Below, one piece after another: positions 37,752 through 47,446 of a stretch of DNA of 64,000 nucleotides. The notes under the pieces were generated by a model that did no database searches, was not told the origin of the DNA, and worked only from the letters and a program-made list of their open reading frames with translations. The DNA is taken from contig JBHGNT010000014.1 of NCBI GenBank assembly GCA_043228905.1, positions 10,602,001 through 10,666,000 of the forward strand, written 5' to 3'. The DNA is from Azolla caroliniana. Taxonomy: Eukaryota; Plantae; Polypodiophyta. The position numbers and the translations under genes were made by a program. The first letter of the stretch is position 1; each line of letters starts with the position of its first letter.

Positions 37752-38247
37752 TGTGTTGGCCGGAGTATGATCCAAGGAGCAAGTGGGAAAGGGGCGAGCC
37801 GAATAAGTAGATAATTATTTAATTAGAAATATTATTCGGAACGGATGGGTATTGATCCGGATCCGAACCGATTCATAGCCGATCGCCAATATGGCACCAT
37901 TTTGTATTTAGAACGGAGGCCTATAAAAGGATCCAACGCAATGTAAAGAACTACGGAAGCAATATAAGTTTTGGAATTAATTATGTAACGTGTCGATTAT
38001 CTTGTGTACTTGCCGTCTGCGCTTAATTTATAGATTGTACGCGTGTTAAAAAATCAGAGGATCCTAACCCTAACCACACCTTTTGGTGAAGTGATCCGGA
38101 AGGACACTCGGTATTTGTGGCTAGTCCAACCCAGAAAGAACAATAGTGTGCTTTGTACACTACGTAAAATATGTGTAGAGTACCCGATTGACTAAGTATA
38201 AAGAAATAGGAGAAATTACTAAAACAATTATGGTACATGTATAGGGC

Positions 38248-38302
38248 ATGATTTGAACCCTATACCTTCATGTTAATAATTTCAAACCTTACCATTGCAC
38301 TA
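38248..38302 (-). other. tRNA-derived A/B-box segment (SINE-like head)
   Basis: TAGTGCAATGG ... GGGTTCAAATC on minus with 44 nt between T8 and G53; no intact cloverleaf. Confidence 0.5.
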
Positions 38303-38371
38303 GCACATTGTAAATGTTAAAGTTATCGATTTTAGTTATACAAAACTTTATCTGCCATAAATATTCTAGAT

Positions 38372-38550
38372 AAGCATGATAGAAAGGTCATTCATGCATA
38401 AACTCGAGTTAAAAGAAAAAGCATTATAGAAAGTGCTTCATGTACATCGAGTGTGCATGAACACTTCGGTTAAAAAAGAAAAAGTATGATAGAAAAAGCT
38501 AGGACATCTAACGTGCATGACCACTCGAGTTAGAGAAAAAAGCATCATGC
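38372..38550 (+). repeat. Degenerate ~50-63 bp tandem repeat x3
   Basis: Recurring AAGCATGATAGAAA...GCATGA..ACTCGAGTTA.A.GAAAAA. Confidence 0.55.
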
Positions 38551-38675
38551 TTGCATGTAGTAGGATATACCTAGTCTCTCCCATTAGTATATAATGATGG
38601 GGGGAGCAAATTTTAATGGTTGTTGTTGACTTGGGTTTCTAAATATTCTTCGACTCTTCGTCCTCCATCACTTTC

Positions 38676-39497
38676 TGTTGGGAGACAGGTCCCTCCGGAT
38701 GGGAAGGGAGAAGAACAGTGCCGACGAACAAACTCGGTCGAGGCCGATAGGCCAAGGCCGAATCCGTATGAGGTGTACCCGGCTACGGAGAGCCGGATGG
38801 TGCAGGCCCGGTGTGAACCGGATGAGGAGTACCCGGCTACGGAGAGCCGGATGGTGCAGGCCCGGTGTGAACCGGATGAGGAGTACCCGGCTACGGAGAG
38901 CCGGATGGTGCAGGCTCGATGTGAACCGGATGAGGAGTACCCGGCTACGGAGAGCCGGATGGTGTAGGCCCGGTCTGAACCGGATGAGGAGTGCCCGGCT
39001 ACGGAGAGCCGGATGGTGCAGGCCCGGTATGAACCGGAGGAAGAGACATATTCGTAAATATGTTTCTGAGAGCCCATCGAGGCTATATTTGTAAATAGCT
39101 GAAAAGTCATATTAGTATAAATATGACTTAGGGCAAACTTTTATATGTTGTTGTCATTCTTCCTTGTTGGTGCAAGAAGAAGAGAGAGCGCGTAACTGTA
39201 CAGAGAGAGAGAGAGAGAGAGAACGAGGTCGTTGCCTCTGTTGTAACCGCCGCCTGTGGTGAAGATCGTGAGTCCGAGGTTGTTGCCTCCGTGTACCTAC
39301 TGTTTTGTACATTCATACATAGTGACAGTTTGCAGCCTGTGGGCTGCTGTGGGCTGCCGTGGTTTGGGGTTTTCCACGTTAACCTCCTGTGTACCATTTC
39401 TCTTCTTTGTGTCATGTTCTATTTCCCGTTTTCTGTGTATGAAAAGAATCTCGGTTGTGGCCGAGTCTTGCGCATAAGGAACGACAAGTTCCCGTCA
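38676..39497 (+). repeat. Copia-2 5' LTR with a 54-bp x5 tandem array (38770-39040)
   Basis: TGTTGGG...CGTCA; unit GAGGAGTACCCGGCTACGGAGAGCCGGATGGTGCAGGCCCGGTGTGAACCGGAT. Confidence 0.95.
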
Positions 39498-41661
39498 AGT
39501 GGTATCAGAGCAAAACGACACAGAAAATGGACGAATCGTTTGGCAGCATGTTCAAGCTCACCGGCTCCAACTATTCAGTGTGGAAGTCGAAGATGAGGGA
39601 CATGCTCGTGGCTAAAGACCTCTGGCTGCCGGTTCAGTTCGGGGACAAGAGACTAGACAAAATCGACGCCGCGATATGGGAGGTGATGCACATGAAGACA
39701 ACGGCGTACATACGGTGCTTCATCGACATGAGCCTGTACAACAACTTCAATGAAGAGAGCAAGGCTCATGAGCTCTGGGAGAAGATCGACATTATGTTTC
39801 AAAACAAAATTGTTGTTAATCAAGTTTCGGTATTCCGAAAGCTAGTAAGACTCCGGTACCAAGATGGCTCCAGCATGGCGGAGCACATGAATGCCTTCCA
39901 GGGGCTGATACACCAGGCAACGTCATTGGAAGTACCTCTTGCCGACGAGGTACTAGCACTACTCCTGCTCAGTTCCCTCCCGGATAGCTGGGAGACGTTG
40001 GTTGTCACTTTGGGCAACGCTGGGCCGGAAGGAAAACGGTTATCCCTAGCAAGAGTAAAGTCGAGCTTGCTAGATGAGGAGGCGCATCGGAAAGACAAAG
40101 ATACGAGCTCCGACTCCAAAGCGCTCCTTACCGAATCGGAACGCGGAAGACATAGAAACCGTAGTCCTCAGAACCTGGAGAAGTTGGGGACACGGTCAAA
40201 GTCAAGGGGGAGACCTACTTGCTTCTATTGCGGCAAGCCGGGACACTTCCAAAAGAACTGTCGGCATTTCTGTAAAGACAAGGAAACCGACGGTACCGAT
40301 TCGAAGCAAACCCCGGACCGAAACGGTAAAGACCGGAACGGTAAAGACCAGAGGGGGCCGGACCGGAAGGGAACGACGGCAATCGTGGCAAGTGAAGAAG
40401 AGTTTATGCTCATCACCGAGGAGTGTGAGATAAACCTTGCCGGCGATGAGATGACCTGGGTGGTAGACTCCGGAGCGTCGTTCCACCTTACCCCGTACCG
40501 GAAATGCTTCTCATCCTACTCAACCGGTGATCACGGCTGTGTCTGGATGGGGAATGAAGGTACATGCCGAATTGTCGGCATGGGAGACGTGTGGCTGTCA
40601 ACACCAATAGGATGCAAGTTGCTGCTGAAGGATGTCCGACACGTTCCGGAGGTTTGTTTGAACCTGATATCAGCCGGTCGGCTAGATGATGAAGGCTACA
40701 CGGGTAGCATCCGGAACGGTGTCATGAAGTTCAGCAAAGGGAGCCTGATTGTGGCTCCGGCCCGGAAGGTAAACACATTGTACCTGATGAATGCCCGGTT
40801 ATGTCCGGAAGACGTGAACGTGGTATCCGACACTGCCGGTGAGCTATGGCACAAGAGGCTGTGTCATATGAGCGAGAAGGGGATGAAGAGGATTGCAGAC
40901 GACAACCTCATTCCACTGAAGAACGTGCACTTGGAGAAGTGCACTGATTGTCTGGCCGGTAAGCAGAACCGGACCTCCGTTCGATCAAGGCCACCGATGA
41001 GACGTAATGCACCACTAGAGTTGGTGCATACGGATGTGTGTCAAGTAGACACGAAGTCACATGCCGGAGCGCAGTACTTCGTGACGTTCATAGATGACCA
41101 CAGCCGGAAGCTGTAGGCCACACCGTTGAAGACAAAGGATCAGGTGTTATCCGTCTTCAAAGAGCTCCACGCGCGAGTGGAAAGAGAAACCGGCCGAAAT
41201 CTGAAGGCGGTTCGAGCAGATAACGGGGGAGAATACCGGGGGCAGTTCGAGGAGTACTGCCGCTCGAAGGGAATCCGGCTCGAATTTACCGTGCCGAAGA
41301 CGCCAGAACTAAACGGACTGGCCGAGAGGATGAACCGAACCATAATGGAGAGGGTCCGGAGTATGCTAGCGCATGCAAAACTACCCAAGAAGTTTTGGGC
41401 TGAGGCACTGTCGACGGCGACATATGTGATAAATAGATCACCCTCAATACCCTTGGATGGAGACACACCACAGAGAGTATGGACCGGTAAGGAAGTGTCC
41501 TACCGGCATCTGAGGGTGTTTGGGTGTCTCGCGTACGTGCATGTAGCAAAGGACCGGAGAGGAAAGTTAGATCCAAAGACCCGGCCATGCATATTCCTCG
41601 GTTACGGTGACGATGAGTTCGGCTAACGAGTGTGGGACCCGGTCGACAAGAAGGTATTCCG

Positions 41662-42132
41662 TGTCATGATAACAGTCACATCATGCATCGAAAGGATCAT
41701 GACACTCACATTATGACTCGAAAGGATTTGAACCCACGACCTTGTTGTACACATGTCAAATCCTTAACCATTGTATTGATATTCTTATATGTATAGTCTC
41801 TAGAATATGAAATCTAATATCATAGGAATATTCTATATTACTCTACATTCTAGAATGACCTAGAATATTCTAGAGTGTTCTATACCACTAGAACCTTCTA
41901 GAATACTCTAGAGATCTTCTAGATTACTCTACATTCTAGGATAACCTAGAATATTCTAGAGAGTTCTCTATTACTTATAAATAGGGATCTACCACCCATC
42001 CCAAACCTAAATTGGTTCAACGCCATTTTGTAGCCTACTCTTTGTAATCCATTTTACGCTTCAATATAATAATTCTCTTTCAATTATCTCTCTATCTCTT
42101 TTTCTCTCTCTTTCTCTCTCTCAGTCTTGACA
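41662..42132 (+). repeat. Copy B 5' LTR
   Basis: TGTCATGA...CTTGACA; TATAAATA at 41976-41983. Confidence 0.96.
41800..41970 (+). promoter_or_regulatory. Heat-shock element array in U3
   Basis: Repeated nGAAn/nTTCn units, including the perfect AGAACCTTCTAGAAT at 41890-41904, just upstream of the TATA box. Confidence 0.7.
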
Positions 42133-42220
42133 GTTTGAACCAATTTTCTTCCTTTCATCTCTTCGTCTTCCACAAACCCTAACAAGTTCTCTTCTTCCTT
42201 CTCCTCTCCCCTCATAAGCT

Positions 42221-43345
42221 ATGGAGTCCGTGAGCAAACAAGAATACATGCGTGTTCTTTCTGAGCTCGACATGCTCACGAATAAATTTGTGGCATTAGA
42301 GCATGAGAATCAAAGGCTACTTGGAGATCTACAACACGTGAGCGCCGAAAAAGCTCAACAATATGAAGAGTTATCACAGCGGGTTCATCAACTTGAGGCG
42401 ACTATATTGTCATTACGAGAGCAAGCGTCGGGGGCTCAGAACTCTCCTAGAGAGCCAAAGATCAGCCTCCCTGCCAAGTTTGATGGTACGAGGTCTTTAT
42501 TTCGAGGCTTTTTAAATCAAGTTCGTTTAGTTATTCAACTACATCCCAATCGGTATCCAACTGATGTTGCTCGTGTGGGATTAGTGGGAACTTTGCTATG
42601 CGGTACGGCGTTAGCATGGTTCGCACCACTTCTCGAGAAGAAATCACCATTGCTGGAGGATTTCGAGGCCTTTGTTAAAGAGTTTCAAGCTAGTTTCGGA
42701 GACACCGACAGCACTAGGACAGCGATAAACAAGATTCGTAGGCTCCGACAAGGAGATCGTCCCGCGTCATCTTATGCAGCCGATTTCCGTCTCTTGGCAT
42801 GCGATATCCCTTGGGATGAGGCAGCTTTAATGGATCAATTCCGTCAAGGTTTGAGAAATGATGTCAAAGATCTTCTTCTTACTTTCCCTGAAGATCCGAA
42901 GTCACTTACAGAAGCCATTAGTCGAGCTGTGCGATGTGATAATCGCCTATTTGAGCGACGTTCTGAGCGCCAACAAATGTTACGCCGCCAACCTGAACAG
43001 ACTTACGCTTCCGTAGTCGCAACGCCTCCACAAGTTTCTAGACCCATTACAAGGGATGGCCCAACTCCGATGGAAATAGAGTCAACACAACGTCGTGGGC
43101 CGTTATCAGATGCTGAGAAGCAACGACGTCGAGCGCATCGCCTCTGCCTGTATTGTGGTGGTCCAGGACATATAGCTGTAAATTGTCCACATAAACCTAG
43201 GCGTCAAGTATACCAAGTAAGTGCCCATGAAAACCCTACGTCGAGTTCTATTGTTACTTCTAATAACATAAATAAGCCTCATAGTCCATGTCATGAGAAT
43301 AGATTCGATGTCTTGAGTCAATTAGAGGATGTGTTAAACGAGTAA
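42221..43345 (+). CDS. gag: Gag (coiled coil, capsid, CCHC knuckle)
   Basis: Intact 374-aa ORF; EPKISLPAKFDG, PTPMEI, CLYCGGPGHIAVNC. Confidence 0.95.
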   Translation: MESVSKQEYMRVLSELDMLTNKFVALEHENQRLLGDLQHVSAEKAQQYEELSQRVHQLEATILSLREQASGAQNSPREPKISLPAKFDGTRSLFRGFLNQVRLVIQLHPNRYPTDVARVGLVGTLLCGTALAWFAPLLEKKSPLLEDFEAFVKEFQASFGDTDSTRTAINKIRRLRQGDRPASSYAADFRLLACDIPWDEAALMDQFRQGLRNDVKDLLLTFPEDPKSLTEAISRAVRCDNRLFERRSERQQMLRRQPEQTYASVVATPPQVSRPITRDGPTPMEIESTQRRGPLSDAEKQRRRAHRLCLYCGGPGHIAVNCPHKPRRQVYQVSAHENPTSSSIVTSNNINKPHSPCHENRFDVLSQLEDVLNE

Positions 43346-43431
43346 GTCCGGCCAAAATAGGAGCCATTTGGCTGGACCATCCTAGCTATGTAGAGTTAGT
43401 TCCTAGTCGTGGTTCCATTTCATCAAATCAA

Positions 43432-46400
43432 GTGAGTCGAGTTTTTTCAGCACAAGTCAAGCTTACCACATCTACATGTCATCGAGTCCTAGCCTCTGCC
43501 CTTCTAGATTCTGGAGCCAACTCTTGTTTCATGGATCGTGAATTTGCCTTGTCACAAAACATCCTCTTGAATAAGCTTCCCAACCCAGTAGCCGTAGGAG
43601 TCATCGATGGACGTCCCATAGCATCAGGAGATATAGTCGAGGAGTCCGAGCCAATTAGGATAGTTCTTGGCAATTTGGCAAGCATAATCTCTTTCAATAT
43701 TATTCTTAGTCCGGACCACCCAATAGTTCTAGGTCTCCCCTGGTTTGAACTCCATAACCCGAAGATTGATTGGATGAAAAGAACAATTGAGGAGACTCGG
43801 GAAAAAAGCACAAATCCCGCATCCCTCTCTCCTACATGTGCTAATAGATCCCCGGAGTTATCGCCCATCTCTTTACGACAGTTGCGGGAGGAAGGGGGGA
43901 ACGAGGCCATGTTCGTCTTCGTAATAGTAGCAACTCCATCATCCACTTCACGTGACGCGGATATTAAACTACCAGAGAAATACAAGGAGTTTTTAGATGT
44001 CTTTGATAAGGTGAAGGCCAATACATTGCCGGAGCATCGGCCATACGACTGCCCTATTGACTTACAACCAGGGAAAGAACCTCCATGGGGCCCAATTTAT
44101 AATCTCTCCCCTGTAGAGCTAGAGACTTTGCGAGAATATATTGATGAGAATCTGGCAAACGGATTCATTCGGCATTCTAGATCCCCTGCTGGTGCACCTA
44201 TCTTCTTCGTTAAGAAGAAGAATGGGACTCTTCGGTTGGTCGTGGATTATCGAGGGCTAAACAAAGTGACTATCCGAAATAGATATGCTCTACCATTAAT
44301 CCCGAATCTTTTGGAACGTCTCAGTGGTGCAAAATATTTCACGAAGTTGGACCTTCGCGGAGCATATAATCTAGTTCGGATTCGCCCGGGGAATGAATGG
44401 AAGACAGCTTTCCGCACTCGCTATGGACATTTTGAGTATACAGTGATGCCATTTGGTCTCACGAATGCACCTGCTGTTTTCCAACATATGGCGAACGATA
44501 TTTTTCGAGATTTTCTTGATATCTTCACTATAGTTTACCTAGATGATATTTTAATCTACTCAAATACCCAAGAGGAGCATGATGCACATGTTCGTCAAGT
44601 ACTATGCCGACTCCGAGAATATGGTCTCTACGCAAAATTAGAAAAGTGTAGTTTCGGCCAGAATCAAGTGGAATTTTTGGGGTATGTTGTATCGTCAAAT
44701 GGTATTGCTATGGACCCCATGAAGGTACAGGCAATTTTAGAGTGGCAAACGCCCCTTTCAGTGCGTGATGTGCAATGTTTTCTCGGGTTTGCAAATTTTT
44801 ATCGGAAATTTATTAAAGATTATTCCAAGGTTGTGCTTCCGCTTACTCAGCTCACACATAAAGATCAACCATTTATATGGAGTTCAGATGCATCCGAGGC
44901 ATTCGAAAGCTTAAAACGAGCATTTACAACGGCACCTATCTTAGCACATGTCGACCCAACAAAACGCTTCATCCTCGAAGCCGATGCATCTGATTTTGCA
45001 CTAGGGAGTGTCCTCTCGCAGACTGGAGATGATGGACAACTACACCCTGTCGCCTTTCATTCACGAAAGTTTGAAGCTGCAGAGATCAACTACGAGATCC
45101 ATGACAAAGAGCTTCTTGCAATTGTGGATTCGTTTCAACAATGGCGACATTTCCTAGAAGGTTCTTCTCAGCAGATCATTGTCTACAATGATCATAAGAA
45201 CCTGACTTATTTCCAAAATGCTCGAGTCTTGAGTCGGCGACAAGCCCGGTGGGCGCAATTTTTGACTCACTTCGACTTTATCATCATATATCGCCCTGGG
45301 ATGCAACAAGGCAAAGCAGATGCTCTTTCTCGGCGCTCTTATATGGAACTTCGTCCAGGGGAACCTGCTTTTGAGCATCAAAAACAAATCCTTTTGGGTC
45401 CTAATCGATTACGATTAATGGTAGTTAACGCCATAACAGCTCTTGAAAATTCCACTCTTCTTGATTCCATTCGAGATCATATGGCCACTGATGATTTCGC
45501 CAAGGATGTTTTGGATCATATCGTCCCGGATCGTGCTTCTTGCTCACAGTCGAAAAATCCTCGTAATGACTATTGTCAGTTCTATTGGCATGATGGTTTT
45601 CTATTTCGACAAAATTTATTGTATGTTCCTGATGGTCCCCCACGGCTACAAGTTTTGCAACATTGCCATGACTCACCAATGGCTGGTCATTTTGGAGTTC
45701 ACAAGACTCTAGAATTAATTTCTCGACACTATTGGTGGCCTCGCCTTCGTCATTTTGTTGAGGAGTATGTTCGGAGTTGTGATATATGTTGTCGATCAAA
45801 GAATCCTCGTCACCGACCCTATGGCTTACTACAACCACTTCCCATTCCGGAAACACCTTGGAAGTCTATATCCTTGGACTTCATTACTGATCTCCCAGTT
45901 TCAAAAGGTTTTGATGCAATTCTCACAGTGGTTGATCGATTTACCAAAATGGCACATTTCTTGCCATGTACAAAGTCGATTACTAGTCAAGAGACGGCTG
46001 ATCTCGTTATGCGGGAGGTATTTAAGCATCATGGTCTGCCAGATGATATTATTAGTGATCGTGGTCCACAATTCATCTCAAAGTTTTGGAAGCACCTGTT
46101 CAAACTTCTCCACATTTCAGTTAAGCTTTCTTCAGGCTATCATCCTGAAACAAATGGCCAAACAGAGCGTACCAACCAGACATTGGAACAATATCTTCGT
46201 TGTTTCATCAACTATCAACAAGATGATTGGGTTGCATTTTTGCACTTGGCGGAATTCGCTTACAACAACTCAGCCCATTCTTCTACAGGATATTCCCCAT
46301 TTTTCGCAAATACGGGTTGTCATCCTCGATGGACGATGAATGCGCATCCAGAAGTTCCTACCAACCCTGCTGCCGAGGATCTTCTTAGTCGCCTCCAAGA

Positions 46401-46983
46401 AATTCAAGCTAACATTCTCCACAATTTGCACGATGCTCAATTTACACACAAGAGGCTTGCCGATCGTCATCGTCTAGACTCCTCAAAAAAGTTCCGCATT
46501 GGGGATCATGTATGGCTTCTCCAACACAACATCAAGACCACTCGACCTTGCAGTAAATTGGATTACCAACGTTTTGGCCCTTACATGATCACTGGTAAGA
46601 TAAGTGATGTTGCATTTCGTCTTGACCTCCCTCCGCACATGCATCTTCATCCGGTGTTTCATGTATCCCTTTTGGAACCTTATACTACAAGTTCAATTCC
46701 GGGCCATCTTACGACACCCCCACCACCTGTCGAGTTCTTGGACGGGCCTGAATTTGAAGTTGCTGCCGTTCTCGATTCTAAAATCGTGCGCAACAAGTTG
46801 TATTACTTGGTCGATTGGCTAGGCTATACCCCCAATGATCGAACTTGGGAACCTGCCACAAATCTTTCCAATGCTGCAGAATTCGTCAATGCATTTCATC
46901 GCCAATATCCTTGTAAACCAGGTCCTAATACAAACCCTACGACCCGTGAGACGTGTCGTCGAAGAAGGGGGATAGTGTCATGA
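43432..46983 (+). CDS. pol: Pol (PR-RT-RH-INT-chromodomain); frame open from 43303
   Basis: Intact 1183-aa ORF in the -1 frame relative to gag. Confidence 0.95.
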   Translation: MSRVFSAQVKLTTSTCHRVLASALLDSGANSCFMDREFALSQNILLNKLPNPVAVGVIDGRPIASGDIVEESEPIRIVLGNLASIISFNIILSPDHPIVLGLPWFELHNPKIDWMKRTIEETREKSTNPASLSPTCANRSPELSPISLRQLREEGGNEAMFVFVIVATPSSTSRDADIKLPEKYKEFLDVFDKVKANTLPEHRPYDCPIDLQPGKEPPWGPIYNLSPVELETLREYIDENLANGFIRHSRSPAGAPIFFVKKKNGTLRLVVDYRGLNKVTIRNRYALPLIPNLLERLSGAKYFTKLDLRGAYNLVRIRPGNEWKTAFRTRYGHFEYTVMPFGLTNAPAVFQHMANDIFRDFLDIFTIVYLDDILIYSNTQEEHDAHVRQVLCRLREYGLYAKLEKCSFGQNQVEFLGYVVSSNGIAMDPMKVQAILEWQTPLSVRDVQCFLGFANFYRKFIKDYSKVVLPLTQLTHKDQPFIWSSDASEAFESLKRAFTTAPILAHVDPTKRFILEADASDFALGSVLSQTGDDGQLHPVAFHSRKFEAAEINYEIHDKELLAIVDSFQQWRHFLEGSSQQIIVYNDHKNLTYFQNARVLSRRQARWAQFLTHFDFIIIYRPGMQQGKADALSRRSYMELRPGEPAFEHQKQILLGPNRLRLMVVNAITALENSTLLDSIRDHMATDDFAKDVLDHIVPDRASCSQSKNPRNDYCQFYWHDGFLFRQNLLYVPDGPPRLQVLQHCHDSPMAGHFGVHKTLELISRHYWWPRLRHFVEEYVRSCDICCRSKNPRHRPYGLLQPLPIPETPWKSISLDFITDLPVSKGFDAILTVVDRFTKMAHFLPCTKSITSQETADLVMREVFKHHGLPDDIISDRGPQFISKFWKHLFKLLHISVKLSSGYHPETNGQTERTNQTLEQYLRCFINYQQDDWVAFLHLAEFAYNNSAHSSTGYSPFFANTGCHPRWTMNAHPEVPTNPAAEDLLSRLQEIQANILHNLHDAQFTHKRLADRHRLDSSKKFRIGDHVWLLQHNIKTTRPCSKLDYQRFGPYMITGKISDVAFRLDLPPHMHLHPVFHVSLLEPYTTSSIPGHLTTPPPPVEFLDGPEFEVAAVLDSKIVRNKLYYLVDWLGYTPNDRTWEPATNLSNAAEFVNAFHRQYPCKPGPNTNPTTRETCRRRRGIVS

Positions 46984-47446
46984 TAACAGTCACATCATGC
47001 ATCGAAAGGATCATGACACTCACATTATGACTCGAAAGGATTTGAACCCACGACCTTGTTGTACACATGTCAAATCCTTAACCATTGTATTGATATTCTT
47101 ATATGTATAGTCTCTAGAATATGAAATCTAATATCATAGGAATATTCTATATTACTCTACATTCTAGAATGACCTAGAATATTCTAGAGTGTTCTATACC
47201 ACTAGAACCTTCTAGAATACTCTAGAGATCTTCTAGATTACTCTACATTCTAGGATAACCTAGAATATTCTAGAGAGTTCTCTATTACTTATAAATAGGG
47301 ATCTACCACCCATCCCAAACCTAAATTGGTTCAACGCCATTTTGTAGCCTACTCTTTGTAATCCATTTTACGCTTCAATGTAATAATTCTCTTTCAATTA
47401 TCTCTCTATCTCTTTTTCTCTCTCTTTCTCTCTCTCAGTCTTGACA
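46976..47446 (+). repeat. Copy B 3' LTR
   Basis: Follows the PPT GAAGAAGGGGGATAG; followed by TSD TTCCG. Confidence 0.96.

Larger units (their letters stand above)
20415..38142 (+). mobile_element. Athila/Tat-like Gypsy element 2, 3' half (integrase, extra ORF, 3' LTR 37754-38142), host to nested insertions
   Basis: Integrase pieces 20415-20882, 32256-32651 and 33254-33530 rejoin across the insertions; extra ORF ~33709-37700; LTR TGTTGG...AACA shares U5 motifs with the element 1 LTR. Confidence 0.85.
41662..47446 (+). mobile_element. Ty3/Gypsy chromovirus (Tcn1-like), copy B, apparently intact
   Basis: 471-bp LTRs 41662-42132 and 46976-47446 with one mismatch seen; TSD TTCCG; intact gag and pol. 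Confidence 0.97.

Noticed and set aside
38770-39040. CRISPR-like regular array
   Set aside because: Head-to-tail 54-bp units with no unique spacers, inside a Copia LTR in eukaryotic DNA.
38613-39110. Repeat-rich ORFs in the Copia-2 LTRs (also 49259-49822)
   Set aside because: Open frames arise from a stop-poor 54-bp repeat whose length is a multiple of 3; no protein signature.
43479-44021. Antisense and overlapping ORFs shared by chromovirus copies A and B
   Set aside because: Sharing is trivial at ~99% identity; these are shadow frames of pol.
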